Origin: Paracoccaceae bacterium | GTDB lineage: Bacteria; Pseudomonadota; Alphaproteobacteria; Rhodobacterales; Rhodobacteraceae | Direction: 5' to 3' | Assembly (NCBI GenBank): GCA_046589965.1 | Contig: JBKJVF010000232.1 | Coordinates: 1 to 41,481, forward strand | DNA length: 41,481 nt | Shown: positions 17,852 to 25,827 of the stretch, piece after piece | How the letters are laid out: every line of letters starts with the position of its first letter | How positions within the stretch are numbered: the stretch's first letter is position 1 | The notes under the pieces: model-generated | Told to the model about the DNA's origin: nothing | The model's input: the letters and a program-made list of their open reading frames with translations, nothing else | Databases searched by the model: none | Program-made: the position numbers and the translations under genes

Positions 17852-19621
17852 TCAGGCCGCTGAAGCATCCGCATCCAATGCGTCATGGGACGAAAGCAGG
17901 GGGAAATCGATGCGGACGAAATAGCTGCCGTCACGCTCTCCGACATTCAGGGTGCCTGACAATTGCGTGGCAAACGCCGACAGAAGCTGTTGGCCCAACC
18001 CTGTGTTGTCGGGGTCGGGCGACAGGGTCGGTCTGCGGCTTTCCGACATCGTGTTGACCACTTCCAGCGCGGCGCGGCCTGCCCCTGCCTCGTGGAACGA
18101 AACGGTCAGCAGGGTCTTTTGGTTTGCATTCTGACCCGAATGTTTCAGGGCATTGGTCAGGGCCTCGGTCAATATCAGCGACAGGGGCACCGCCTGATCG
18201 GGCGTCATCCGGATCCGGTCAAAGCTGGTCTTTGTCTCGATTTGACGGTCGTCCGATGCGCCCCCGCGCACCACCTGTGCCACGATGGTCTGCAACAGCT
18301 CATCCGCCAGCACATCCGTCAGCCCACTGGTCTGGTAAAGTTCGCGGTGCACGATCGCCAGACTCATGACCCGATCATGGAGCCCTTTCAGCAATTGCCG
18401 GGCCTCTGGCGCCACGGATTTGCGCATCTGCAGGTTCATGATCGAGGCGATAAGCTGCAGGTTGTTTTTGACCCGGTGATGAACCTCGCGCAGGAGCACC
18501 TCTTTTTGGTGCAACGAGTTTTCCAGTTCGGCCTCGTCATGCATGACCGACGACATCATCCGCTCATAAGCCTTGCCGACATCACGCAGTTCATTGGGTG
18601 CCAGGCTCAGATCCGGTGGCTTGACGATGCGGCTGCCGTCCGCAAATGCGATGATGGACGCGCGCAAGGCCCGAACATGGCGCAGCACCTGATATTCCGC
18701 CGTCAACCACGCCACCAGCAAACTCGCCAACCACATGGCAAAGGGAAAGACCCATAACGGCACCAATCCAGCCAGCGGCGAACTCGACGCGACGACTGCG
18801 GGCCAGGATGCAAGGACGTACAAGGTCCCGGGAACGATCGGAACCACAGTAAAGGTCCTCCGGTCTCCCAACGGCGTACTGGCCATGAAAGTTGCGGGCG
18901 GCTTATCCACAAATTCCACCAGCGGCATGCCCACGGGAAGCCTTTCGCCAATGGTCTCGATCCCGTAGATCGTCGTCAACACCGTGCCTTCGCCGTCAAA
19001 GGTGATCAGTGCCAACGGTTCAGACAGCTCCAGTTCTTTTTGCATCAAGCTGGGGGATGGATGCTCCAGCACCCTGTGCGGCAGTGACAAGGACACGTAA
19101 CCCAAAACCTCGCCCCCTTCGTCAAAGACCGGATGCGAAAAAATCAGCACGGACTCGCCGCTAACGGGCCCCTTGGGATTAACCTTCATCATAGGTTTGG
19201 GGTCTGCGTTCAATTTTACCAGGGCGGGGTTAAGGCCAAAGTCAAGCGCAACTCCTATGGAGGCGCAGGTTGTTTTTCCATCAGGTTGAATGAAGCCGGC
19301 AAAGCTGATCAAGGGTTCGCTTGCCACCAGCCCCCGCATGACTTCCACGCATGCCGCGCTGTCGTCGATGATGGGACGCACCGTCGTCGCCGTTGCCGCC
19401 GCAAGGCCTTTTGCAAGGTTTATCGCGGCAATTTGCGGCGTCGCTGCCAGAAGTGTTTCCCCAAAAAGCGCGGTTTGCCACCGCGCCTGCGCCTCCGATT
19501 CAAATTTTTCCGTCTGGAAAAAGGCCAGCAGCGCCAGGGGAGTAAGCGCAAGTGCCACGGCCGCCAACAATCGCACGCCAAGCCGACCGAAAAGTTGGCC
19601 GCGCAACGCGCGAGTGATCAT
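17852..19621 (-). CDS. HisKA_2/HWE-type sensor histidine kinase (PhyK-like GSR kinase)
   Basis: 589 aa. N-terminal TM, a periplasmic segment of about 250 aa and a second TM. H-box HHRVKNNLQLIASIMNLQ and a C-terminal ATPase region (LTEALTNALKHS, GLGQQLL). The start overlaps the ecfG stop (ATGA). Confidence 0.88.
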   Translation of the reverse strand: MITRALRGQLFGRLGVRLLAAVALALTPLALLAFFQTEKFESEAQARWQTALFGETLLAATPQIAAINLAKGLAAATATTVRPIIDDSAACVEVMRGLVASEPLISFAGFIQPDGKTTCASIGVALDFGLNPALVKLNADPKPMMKVNPKGPVSGESVLIFSHPVFDEGGEVLGYVSLSLPHRVLEHPSPSLMQKELELSEPLALITFDGEGTVLTTIYGIETIGERLPVGMPLVEFVDKPPATFMASTPLGDRRTFTVVPIVPGTLYVLASWPAVVASSSPLAGLVPLWVFPFAMWLASLLVAWLTAEYQVLRHVRALRASIIAFADGSRIVKPPDLSLAPNELRDVGKAYERMMSSVMHDEAELENSLHQKEVLLREVHHRVKNNLQLIASIMNLQMRKSVAPEARQLLKGLHDRVMSLAIVHRELYQTSGLTDVLADELLQTIVAQVVRGGASDDRQIETKTSFDRIRMTPDQAVPLSLILTEALTNALKHSGQNANQKTLLTVSFHEAGAGRAALEVVNTMSESRRPTLSPDPDNTGLGQQLLSAFATQLSGTLNVGERDGSYFVRIDFPLLSSHDALDADASAA

Positions 19622-20196
19622 GCGACTGCCAACCCGGATTGAAACACAACCCCCAAAGTCACGGCTTCGGTCAGGACAGGATTTCCGGTTGGACTGCTCA
19701 TCCCCATCATGTTTGCCAACTGCGCCCGGGCGCGACTTGCGCGGCTTTTGGCCGTGCCGGTCGCCACACCCATCATCTGCGCGGCTTCCTCGTAGGAATA
19801 TCCGTTTGCGCCAACAAGGGTCAGCACCTCGCGATGTTCGGCAGAAAGCTTGTTGAAGGCGACCATGAATTCACCCAAGGCAAGCCGTCCGTCATGCTGA
19901 GGCAATACCGCAAGCTTGCTTGCGTGAATGCCGTCGGGATCGGACACTTCGCGGCTGACCTTGCGGTGATAGGAAAAGAACGTGTTGCGCAGGATGGTGA
20001 ACAACCACGCCCGCAAATCCGTGCCGGGCGTAAACTTGTCGATGTTCGACCAAGCCTTGACGATCGTATCCTGAACCAGGTCATCCGCTGTGGCGTGATT
20101 GCGCGCCAACGACATTGCGAACGCACGCAAGTCGCGGATATGGAGGGTGATGTTGTCGCGCGGGTCGGCGCTGCCGCTTTCTAGCGATGCTTTCAT
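19618..20196 (-). CDS. ecfG: ECF sigma factor EcfG (general stress response sigma factor)
   Basis: DLVQDTIVKAWSNIDKFTPGTDLRAWLFTILRNTFFSYHRK (region 2) and YSYEEAAQMMGVATGTAKSRASRAR (region 4). Lies between nepR and the kinase with ATGA overlaps on both sides. Confidence 0.9.
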   Translation of the reverse strand: MKASLESGSADPRDNITLHIRDLRAFAMSLARNHATADDLVQDTIVKAWSNIDKFTPGTDLRAWLFTILRNTFFSYHRKVSREVSDPDGIHASKLAVLPQHDGRLALGEFMVAFNKLSAEHREVLTLVGANGYSYEEAAQMMGVATGTAKSRASRARAQLANMMGMSSPTGNPVLTEAVTLGVVFQSGLAVA

Positions 20197-20393
20197 GACT
20201 TCCCTTCCCGGTCCTTCAGCTGTGCCAAAAGCTGGATGAACCTGTCCGGCACTTCTTCTGTCAGCGTGGCATTATATACCCGCCTCAGGTTGTCTTCGAT
20301 CTCACGTGCCAAGGCTATCTGCGCGCTGCGCTTCGGCTTGACAACGTGGACGGTTTGTTCGCTGTCGATCTTCTTTGCCATGTCCCCTGACAC
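20193..20393 (-). CDS. nepR: NepR family anti-sigma factor
   Basis: 66 aa, with IEDNLRRVYNATLTEEVPDRFIQLLAQLKD matching the NepR signature. The start is ambiguous: GTG at 20393 or ATG at 20381. Confidence 0.85.
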   Translation of the reverse strand: MSGDMAKKIDSEQTVHVVKPKRSAQIALAREIEDNLRRVYNATLTEEVPDRFIQLLAQLKDREGKS

Positions 20394-20421
20394 TATTTTT
20401 TGCCCCGTGATAGTTTGTCAT

Positions 20422-20447
20422 GGAACTTAACGCGGCACTAGAGCGTT
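20422..20447 (+). promoter_or_regulatory. EcfG-type promoter GGAAC-N17-CGTT for phyR
   Basis: GGAAC(20422-20426)-N17-CGTT(20444-20447), 40 nt before the phyR ATG. Confidence 0.8.
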
Positions 20448-20454
20448 GGGTTCC
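20429..20454 (-). promoter_or_regulatory. EcfG-type promoter GGAAC-N17-CGTT for nepR-ecfG-kinase
   Basis: The plus strand reads aacg(20429-20432)-N17-gttcc(20450-20454). It fully interdigitates with the phyR promoter on the other strand. Confidence 0.8.
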
Positions 20455-20486
20455 ATCGAACTGATCAAAAAAGTGGGGAAGTGCAG

Positions 20487-21296
20487 ATGCCGTTTCAGGA
20501 AAAGCAAAGTGTCAGCGAGACAATTGGAAAAAATCTTCCATTTCTGCGCCGGTACGGTCGTGCGTTGACGGGAAACCAAAGCTCCGGTGATCGTTTTGCT
20601 GCGGCTACTCTGGAAGCGATACTTGCAGACCAGTCATTGATATCAGATGCAACCGATCACAAGGCGGCGCTCTTCAAGGCCTTTCATAGTCTTTGGTCCG
20701 GCACAGGCGCAATCTTGGGGACGCCCGACAGTTCCCTCTCGGCACGAGCCCAAGACCACATGGCGATGCTGACCCCGAACTCGCGCGAGGCTCTGCTGCT
20801 GAGCATCATCGAAGGTTTTACCACTGACCAGATTGCCTACATTCTGCAGACCGATCAGGAGGACGTCTCAGGCCTTGTGGCGGTTGCGTTCGCGGACATG
20901 GAGGCGTCGGTTGCGGGTGCGGTGATGGTGATCGAGGACGAGGCGATCATTGCCGCCGATATCGTAGACATCGTCCGAGGCGCCGGCCACCGCGTGACAG
21001 GCACCGCGCGCACCAAAGCGGAGGCTGTTGCCCTTGCCTTGCGTGATCGTCCGGACCTGATCCTTGCCGATATCCAGTTGGCGGACAAGTCATCGGGGAT
21101 CGACGCGGTCAACGAAATCCTGATCGAGTTTCCGCAGACGCCGGTGATCTTCATCACGGCCTTCCCAGACCGGCTGTTGACAGGTGAACGGCCGGAACCA
21201 GCCTTTGTGATCACAAAGCCGTTTTCCGAAGAACAGGTGCGCTCTGCCGTCGGGCAGGCCATGTTCTTTTCTTCGACGGAAACGCTGACCACTTGA
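20487..21296 (+). CDS. phyR: PhyR anti-anti-sigma response regulator (sigma-like N-domain plus receiver)
   Basis: LPFLRRYGRALTGNQSSGDRFAAATLEAIL is the PhyR N-terminal signature. The C-terminal receiver has VMVIEDEAIIAADI, LILADIQLAD and VITKPF. Start taken at the ATG 6 nt after GGGGAAG. Confidence 0.92.
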   Translation: MPFQEKQSVSETIGKNLPFLRRYGRALTGNQSSGDRFAAATLEAILADQSLISDATDHKAALFKAFHSLWSGTGAILGTPDSSLSARAQDHMAMLTPNSREALLLSIIEGFTTDQIAYILQTDQEDVSGLVAVAFADMEASVAGAVMVIEDEAIIAADIVDIVRGAGHRVTGTARTKAEAVALALRDRPDLILADIQLADKSSGIDAVNEILIEFPQTPVIFITAFPDRLLTGERPEPAFVITKPFSEEQVRSAVGQAMFFSSTETLTT

Positions 21297-21303
21297 AATC
21301 TCG

Positions 21304-21329
21304 GGAACTTTAACCGGCCATCAGATGTT
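21304..21329 (+). promoter_or_regulatory. near-consensus EcfG-like motif GGAAC-N17-TGTT (orphan; would be antisense to the receiver-like gene)
   Basis: It sits 8 nt after the phyR stop and is followed by the 10-bp hairpin GGCAGCGTCC/GGACGCTGCC (21334-21360). It could be a chance match. Confidence 0.25.
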
Positions 21330-21426
21330 GGGTTGGCAGCGTCCAGATCGCGGACGCTGCCGATAAGAGGGACTGGAGATGGCGTTTGATCTGCTGGTGC
21401 GAAATGAGCCCCTTGCGTCCCGGCGT

Positions 21427-21786
21427 CTACCCAAAAGCCCGATTTCGCGGCAATATCCGCTCCAGCAAGGCAGCGACCGTTGCATCCGAAAAGGGCCGGT
21501 CAAGCAGAAAGCTTCGGCCATCCTCGGCAAGGTCGGCCGCCTCGCCCATGAACACGCAGAGCGTGTTGCTGTCACTCAGTGGGGCCGACAGTTGGCTGCG
21601 TCTGAACTTTTCCGGGTTCATATGAAGAAAAGCCGCCTCGACAGCCCCTTTGCCCGAAATGGCCCGCACACCCTCGGCAGCCGAAGGTGCCGTGATGACT
21701 TCGGCGAAAGGGTCATACTCGCGGATGCTTTGCGCAAGGTCTTCGGCGATGACGCCAAATGGTTCAATGATGAGAAAAACTGACAT
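21427..21786 (-). CDS. stand-alone receiver-fold protein lacking canonical phospho-acceptor residues (pseudo-receiver)
   Basis: 119 aa. Aligns by eye to CheY-like receivers: FLIIEPFGVIAEDL (DD pocket becomes EP), AAFLHMNPE (acceptor Asp position is His), CVFMGEA (Thr/Ser position is Met) and LLDRPFSDATVAALLERI (Lys becomes Arg). Codon bias favours this strand over the antisense ORF 21379-21783. Confidence 0.55.
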   Translation of the reverse strand: MSVFLIIEPFGVIAEDLAQSIREYDPFAEVITAPSAAEGVRAISGKGAVEAAFLHMNPEKFRRSQLSAPLSDSNTLCVFMGEAADLAEDGRSFLLDRPFSDATVAALLERILPRNRAFG

Positions 21787-21881
21787 GCCTCAAACGGCCC
21801 CCGGGCTGCGATTTCGCACAGTCTTCGCAGACTTCGCGATGGGAAAAATTAAACCATGACATACAATTCAAAGTTTCTGCG

Positions 21882-22616
21882 ATGCCCCAAGGTATAGATT
21901 GCGCACAGTGTCCCCTCCGGGTGATGCCGCTTTTCGTGCCGTTCACGGGCGAAGAACTGGCCTTCATGCGCCGGTTCAAGATGCGCGAAACGACGTTCCA
22001 GCGCCATGACATCGTGTTGTTCGAAGGCCAGCGGTCACCGGCCCTTTACACCGTGCTGTCGGGCATGGGGACGCGATCTGTGCTTTTGGACGACGGCCGC
22101 AGGCAGGTGATCAACTTCGTCTTTCCGGGCGACTTTATCGGTCTGCAATCGGGTCTGATGGGCGAGATGAAGCATACCGTCACGGCAACAAGCGATCTGA
22201 TCCTGTGCACCTTTGACCGCGCACGTCTTTGGGAGGTATTTCAGTCCAACGCACCGCGCGCCTATGACCTGACATGGATTGCGGCGGTTGAGGAACACTT
22301 TCTGGGCGAAACCATCGCGACCTTGGGCCAACGCGACGCGCTGGAGCGACTGACCTGGGCGATGCTGCGGATCTGGCGTCGCTTGTCGGCAGTCGGCTTG
22401 ATGCGGGATGGGTCCGTCCCGCTCCCCTTCCGCCAGCAAGACTTTGCCGAGGCCCTTGGTCTGTCGCTGGTCCATACCAACAAGACGGTTGCTGCAATCC
22501 GCAGGCTCGGGCTGGCGCAGTGGCAAGGCGGTCGCCTGTTCATCCCTGACACCAAACGCCTGGCGACAGCCGCAGGGGTGGCTGATGAATATGAAGAAAA
22601 GCGCCCCATTCTTTAG
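21882..22616 (+). CDS. Crp/Fnr family transcriptional regulator
   Basis: 244 aa. The cNMP-binding-like core has LFEGQRSPALYTVLSGMG and INFVFPGDFIG. The C-terminal HTH reads QQDFAEALGLSLVHTNKTVAAIRRLG. Confidence 0.85.
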   Translation: MPQGIDCAQCPLRVMPLFVPFTGEELAFMRRFKMRETTFQRHDIVLFEGQRSPALYTVLSGMGTRSVLLDDGRRQVINFVFPGDFIGLQSGLMGEMKHTVTATSDLILCTFDRARLWEVFQSNAPRAYDLTWIAAVEEHFLGETIATLGQRDALERLTWAMLRIWRRLSAVGLMRDGSVPLPFRQQDFAEALGLSLVHTNKTVAAIRRLGLAQWQGGRLFIPDTKRLATAAGVADEYEEKRPIL

Positions 22617-22623
22617 GGCTGCG

Positions 22624-22648
22624 GGCAGACCCGGGTAGGGTCTGCCCA
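22624..22648. terminator. hairpin between the convergent crp-like and GSP26 genes
   Basis: GGGCAGACCC-gggta-GGGTCTGCCC. No clear U-tract on either side. Confidence 0.45.
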
Positions 22649-22658
22649 CAACATCTGT

Positions 22659-23150
22659 TCAAAGATTGACGACCCCACGGTCACCCATATCCGGCGCCTG
22701 TTTTGACACCAGGCTGAACAGGAATTTCGCAGAAGATACGATCGGGTTCGGCCCATCCCAGTAATCTGCACGGTCCGGATCGATCTTGATGGCCACCACA
22801 TGCGCCGCCTCCGGTCCATCGGGCCAGAAAGCTTCAGCACCGGGTGACCAAAGACGCTTTACCAGCGCCACGTCATCGTGAATTTCCGCCTTGCCCGCGA
22901 CGGCCACATGATCGGAGCTGCCTTGATAGGCCAAAAGGACCGTGCCGTTGCCACCGACATCTTGCGCCGCACTGGACGTGGATTCGGTCAGAATGTAGAT
23001 CGCACCCTCGTCCTGCTTGGCGATCGACGACATCGGACGGGCGCGTGGCGCGCTGGCGGATTGGGTCACGAACATGCAGATATCAATTTTCTTGATCATG
23101 TCCCAGACACGCGTCGTGTCTGTCTCGTGCTTAATATCATCTGATCGCAT
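22659..23150 (-). CDS. pyridoxamine 5'-phosphate oxidase-like general stress protein 26 family
   Basis: 163 aa. VWDMIKKIDICMFVT..ARPM...AIYILTE and ..YWDGPN.. resemble COG3871/GSP26. GAGG SD. Confidence 0.8.
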   Translation of the reverse strand: MRSDDIKHETDTTRVWDMIKKIDICMFVTQSASAPRARPMSSIAKQDEGAIYILTESTSSAAQDVGGNGTVLLAYQGSSDHVAVAGKAEIHDDVALVKRLWSPGAEAFWPDGPEAAHVVAIKIDPDRADYWDGPNPIVSSAKFLFSLVSKQAPDMGDRGVVNL

Positions 23151-23197
23151 AAGGCACCTCGTTTACCTGTGAAGCGGCCTGTAGCCGCATGCAGATC

Positions 23198-23223
23198 AAC
23201 GTGGTGCAAGGCATGCCGGTTCC
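23198..23223 (-). promoter_or_regulatory. EcfG-type promoter motif GGAAC-N17-CGTT upstream of the GSP26 gene
   Basis: The plus strand reads aacg(23198-23201)-N17-gttcc(23219-23223). The -35 straddles the 10-bp inverted repeat GCATGCCGGT(23211-23220)/ACCGGCATGC(23239-23248), which follows the DUF3618 gene. Confidence 0.7.
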
Positions 23224-23277
23224 AGCCTTTGTGACCGGACCGGCATGCGGTAACTTGGGACCGGGGTCCCGAACTCG

Positions 23278-24198
23278 CTAAAAAACACCTCTTTGGTCAG
23301 CACCGCCTGGCGCCATGGGGCGCGACAGTGACGACATCATTTCCTGGGTCGCGATCTGGGCTGACGCGGCGATGCGCTGCCGTTCATCCTGAAAGACCCG
23401 CGTCAATTCGTCGACGATCTGGTCGCGGGTGCGACCAAGGTAGCGGTCTTCGACCGTGGATCGCGGCAATAGCAAAGCCAACGCTGCCCCTGCACCTGCC
23501 AGAGCCATGGCACTTGTCAAAGGCCGATCCTGCATCACTTCGGACGTCTTGCGGCGTGCTGCCAGATGCGCGTCATACCCCTGTTCCCGCGCCGCGAGGG
23601 CGGCGTTTCGCGTCGTCTCGCTTAGCCCTTCCAGACCCCTGCCCAACGCACGACGCACGTCTTTTGTCAGGGCGGAAAGGACCTCGGCCTTGCGATGGGC
23701 AAGTTCACCGGCTGAGGCAGATCCCTTGCGGGTCGCCTTGTTGATCTGATCCAGCATCACGGCGGCGCGACTGCGCAGCTTGTCCGCCTCGATCGTCCAG
23801 TCGTCCAGAGCGGCCGGTACCGGCATTTGTGGGTCGGTCACAGGACCCCCTTCGTCTTCCCAACGTGTCATCGCTTCGAACCTCGTTCCTGCCAAAGTTG
23901 ATTTCTCTGGCGTGTCATCGCCCTGGTTCGGACGCCCCAGGACCAGCCAGGCCAGACCCACTGCCGACATAGCCACGGCCATGGGGTTTCCACGGATCAC
24001 GCCTTCAAGCGTGGCCGTATGTTTGCCCGCATTCCTGGTTACGAACGACGCCGCGTCCTGCCACAGACTGTCCGGGGAAAACCGGTCCCGCAGCGCAGAA
24101 AACGCTGTGGCAACGTCTTGGCGGTCGCGCTCAAGGCGGGCCTCGATATCATGCGGGACTTGCGACCCGCGTTCATGAATGGACGTCTGCTGTTGCAC
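23278..24198 (-). CDS. DUF3618 domain protein
   Basis: PHDIEARLERDRQDVATAFSALRDRFSP resembles the DUF3618 N-terminus, and there is a central TM segment. Overlaps the upstream gene by 26 nt. Confidence 0.65.
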   Translation of the reverse strand: MQQQTSIHERGSQVPHDIEARLERDRQDVATAFSALRDRFSPDSLWQDAASFVTRNAGKHTATLEGVIRGNPMAVAMSAVGLAWLVLGRPNQGDDTPEKSTLAGTRFEAMTRWEDEGGPVTDPQMPVPAALDDWTIEADKLRSRAAVMLDQINKATRKGSASAGELAHRKAEVLSALTKDVRRALGRGLEGLSETTRNAALAAREQGYDAHLAARRKTSEVMQDRPLTSAMALAGAGAALALLLPRSTVEDRYLGRTRDQIVDELTRVFQDERQRIAASAQIATQEMMSSLSRPMAPGGADQRGVF

Positions 24199-24604
24199 CG
24201 GGTTTCACCATAGTTTTGAGGGTTTCTGCATCGCGTTGCAGATTTTTGATGCTGCGTGTCGGCGCAAGGTTCTCAGCCGTCATTTGCCGCCGGGCATAAA
24301 GCACCAGCACAATGGCCAGAACAAACAAGGAAACACCGACGGCAACGCTTGCCCAGACGGCTGAAAGGCCCAGCAGCACCAGCGCAGCAACCGCCGCGCC
24401 AGCCAGAACGTTCAGGGCCGTGATGCCAAGGATGACAGCAACGACAACCGCCACCAGTGCACCGATCATGTCGCGCAGGCTGCGCTTGGCTTCGGCCTGG
24501 GCAAGGGCGACTTCGCCCCTGACCAGACGAGACAAGCCAGACAACAGGTCAGACACCAGGTCGGGCGCCGACTCCTGCCGGAACGGACCGTCGCGGGAGA
24601 TCAT
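24173..24604 (-). CDS. phage-holin-family (Holin-X/YqjE-like) membrane protein
   Basis: 143 aa. LLSGLSRLVRGEVALAQAEAKRS is followed by two long hydrophobic helices. ATGA overlap with the upstream gene. Confidence 0.7.
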   Translation of the reverse strand: MISRDGPFRQESAPDLVSDLLSGLSRLVRGEVALAQAEAKRSLRDMIGALVAVVVAVILGITALNVLAGAAVAALVLLGLSAVWASVAVGVSLFVLAIVLVLYARRQMTAENLAPTRSIKNLQRDAETLKTMVKPGATADVHS

Positions 24605-25164
24605 GAACGCCCCCCGTCATAAGGTTGGCCGGATTGGTACGAGGTCTGACCAACGTGCCGGTCCGCAAAACCGTAGCCATCTTGACGGCGCTGCGAGGAC
24701 CGCAGAAACCGCGCCAGCGCAAATCCAGCGACTGCAGCACCCGCAGCAAACACACCGGGGTTGCGGCGCGCCATGTCGCGCAGGTCAGATGCGATTTCGT
24801 TGACACTCCGGTCGCGCAGCGTGCCGGCAGCGGATGACACACCGTTGGCGACGGCGGACAGCACTTTTGCCTGCACAGATCCTGCCTCGGGCTCTTCGGC
24901 GGCGCGGCGCAGGGTTTCGGCCAGACGGTCACCGCTTTCGCTCAACGCGTCGCGGGCATCATCCATCCGCTCAACCGCAGAGTCGCGGACCGCAGCAGCG
25001 GCGTCAGACGCTTTTGCAGACAGGTCGGACGCGACCGCACGAACCTTTTCGGACGCCTTTTCGCTCATGTCGGCAACTTTGGATTTGGCGTCATCCATGG
25101 CATTTTCAGCGGCATGCATGGTGGCGTCAGCATTTTCTTTCATGGTGTTGTTGTTCGGGGTCAT
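24601..25164 (-). CDS. stress protein with an Ala/Asp/Ser-rich helical region and a C-terminal membrane anchor (LEA/YqjD-like)
   Basis: 187 aa with a low-complexity helical N-part. The anchor is NPGVFAAGAAVAGFALARFL. GGAG lies 6 nt before the ATG. Confidence 0.6.
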   Translation of the reverse strand: MTPNNNTMKENADATMHAAENAMDDAKSKVADMSEKASEKVRAVASDLSAKASDAAAAVRDSAVERMDDARDALSESGDRLAETLRRAAEEPEAGSVQAKVLSAVANGVSSAAGTLRDRSVNEIASDLRDMARRNPGVFAAGAAVAGFALARFLRSSQRRQDGYGFADRHVGQTSYQSGQPYDGGRS

Positions 25165-25235
25165 GATCTTCTCCAGCGTTTTCGGTGTTCAAAACAATCC
25201 TGTTTCACGTATGCTCGCCTAGGTCGGCGAACGTC

Positions 25236-25697
25236 TCAGGTCGGCAGTTCAGGAGATGCCAACAGCGACACAAGCTGGCCTCTCATCTCGTGCAATGCCG
25301 CATCATGGCCTTGCGGCAAGCTTGTCGCGATCGCCCGGTCGAACGCCTCAAGGACGTAGTCTTCACCTGACCGGATCTGTTTCATCGTGTCGGCATCGAT
25401 GTGATCGAACATGGCACGCATCGACACGACGGCGCGGTTCACCGTCCCCATGAACGACCCTTCGGCATCAGGAACGGCACCCATTTCACGAACCATCTGA
25501 TCAAGTCGCGCCAAGTGACGGGTGTGCAGCGCCAAAAACCTTTGAACGACTGCTCCAAACGAAGGTTCCGCTTTTTCCGCCATCTTTTCGAACCCACGAT
25601 GGGTGTCCACGGTCTGCCTATGCAGGTCGATAAGGGCGTCCAGGCTCTCACCCGCGGGGTCATTATTTGCGGCGGACGTTGAATCGTAACTCGTCAT
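25236..25697 (-). CDS. PA2169/DUF2383-like four-helix-bundle (ferritin-like) protein
   Basis: 153 aa. LIDLHRQTVDTHRGFEKMAEKAEP and SGEDYVLEAFDRAI resemble the PA2169 family. GGAG SD. Confidence 0.7.
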   Translation of the reverse strand: MTSYDSTSAANNDPAGESLDALIDLHRQTVDTHRGFEKMAEKAEPSFGAVVQRFLALHTRHLARLDQMVREMGAVPDAEGSFMGTVNRAVVSMRAMFDHIDADTMKQIRSGEDYVLEAFDRAIATSLPQGHDAALHEMRGQLVSLLASPELPT

Positions 25698-25734
25698 GTC
25701 GCACTCCGTATTTGCGATTGATCGTTGCAGGGAT

Positions 25735-25759
25735 AACGCAGCCAGGCCCTGCCGGTTCC
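25735..25759 (-). promoter_or_regulatory. EcfG-type promoter motif GGAAC-N16-CGTT upstream of the PA2169-like operon
   Basis: The plus strand reads aacg(25735-25738)-N16-gttcc(25755-25759). It probably serves the 25697-23278 four-gene operon, because no motif was found in the internal 71-nt gap. Confidence 0.75.
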
Positions 25760-25796
25760 CACGAAAGGGACGTTTGGAAATACTCTGGGCTTGGCC

Positions 25797-25821
25797 GGAA
25801 CCAATCGAAAGCTCGGGCGTT
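25797..25821 (+). promoter_or_regulatory. EcfG-type promoter motif GGAAC-N16-CGTT (drives candidate sRNA 1)
   Basis: GGAAC(25797-25801)-N16-CGTT(25818-25821). It lies back to back (37 nt apart) with the promoter at 25735-25759. Confidence 0.7.
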
Positions 25822-25827
25822 AATAAA

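Noticed and set aside
21379-21783. A 134-aa plus-strand ORF antisense to the receiver-like gene.
   Set aside because: The GGAG abuts the ATG with no spacer. The product is basic and featureless. Third-position bias and receiver-like motifs favour the minus strand. The call is still not certain.
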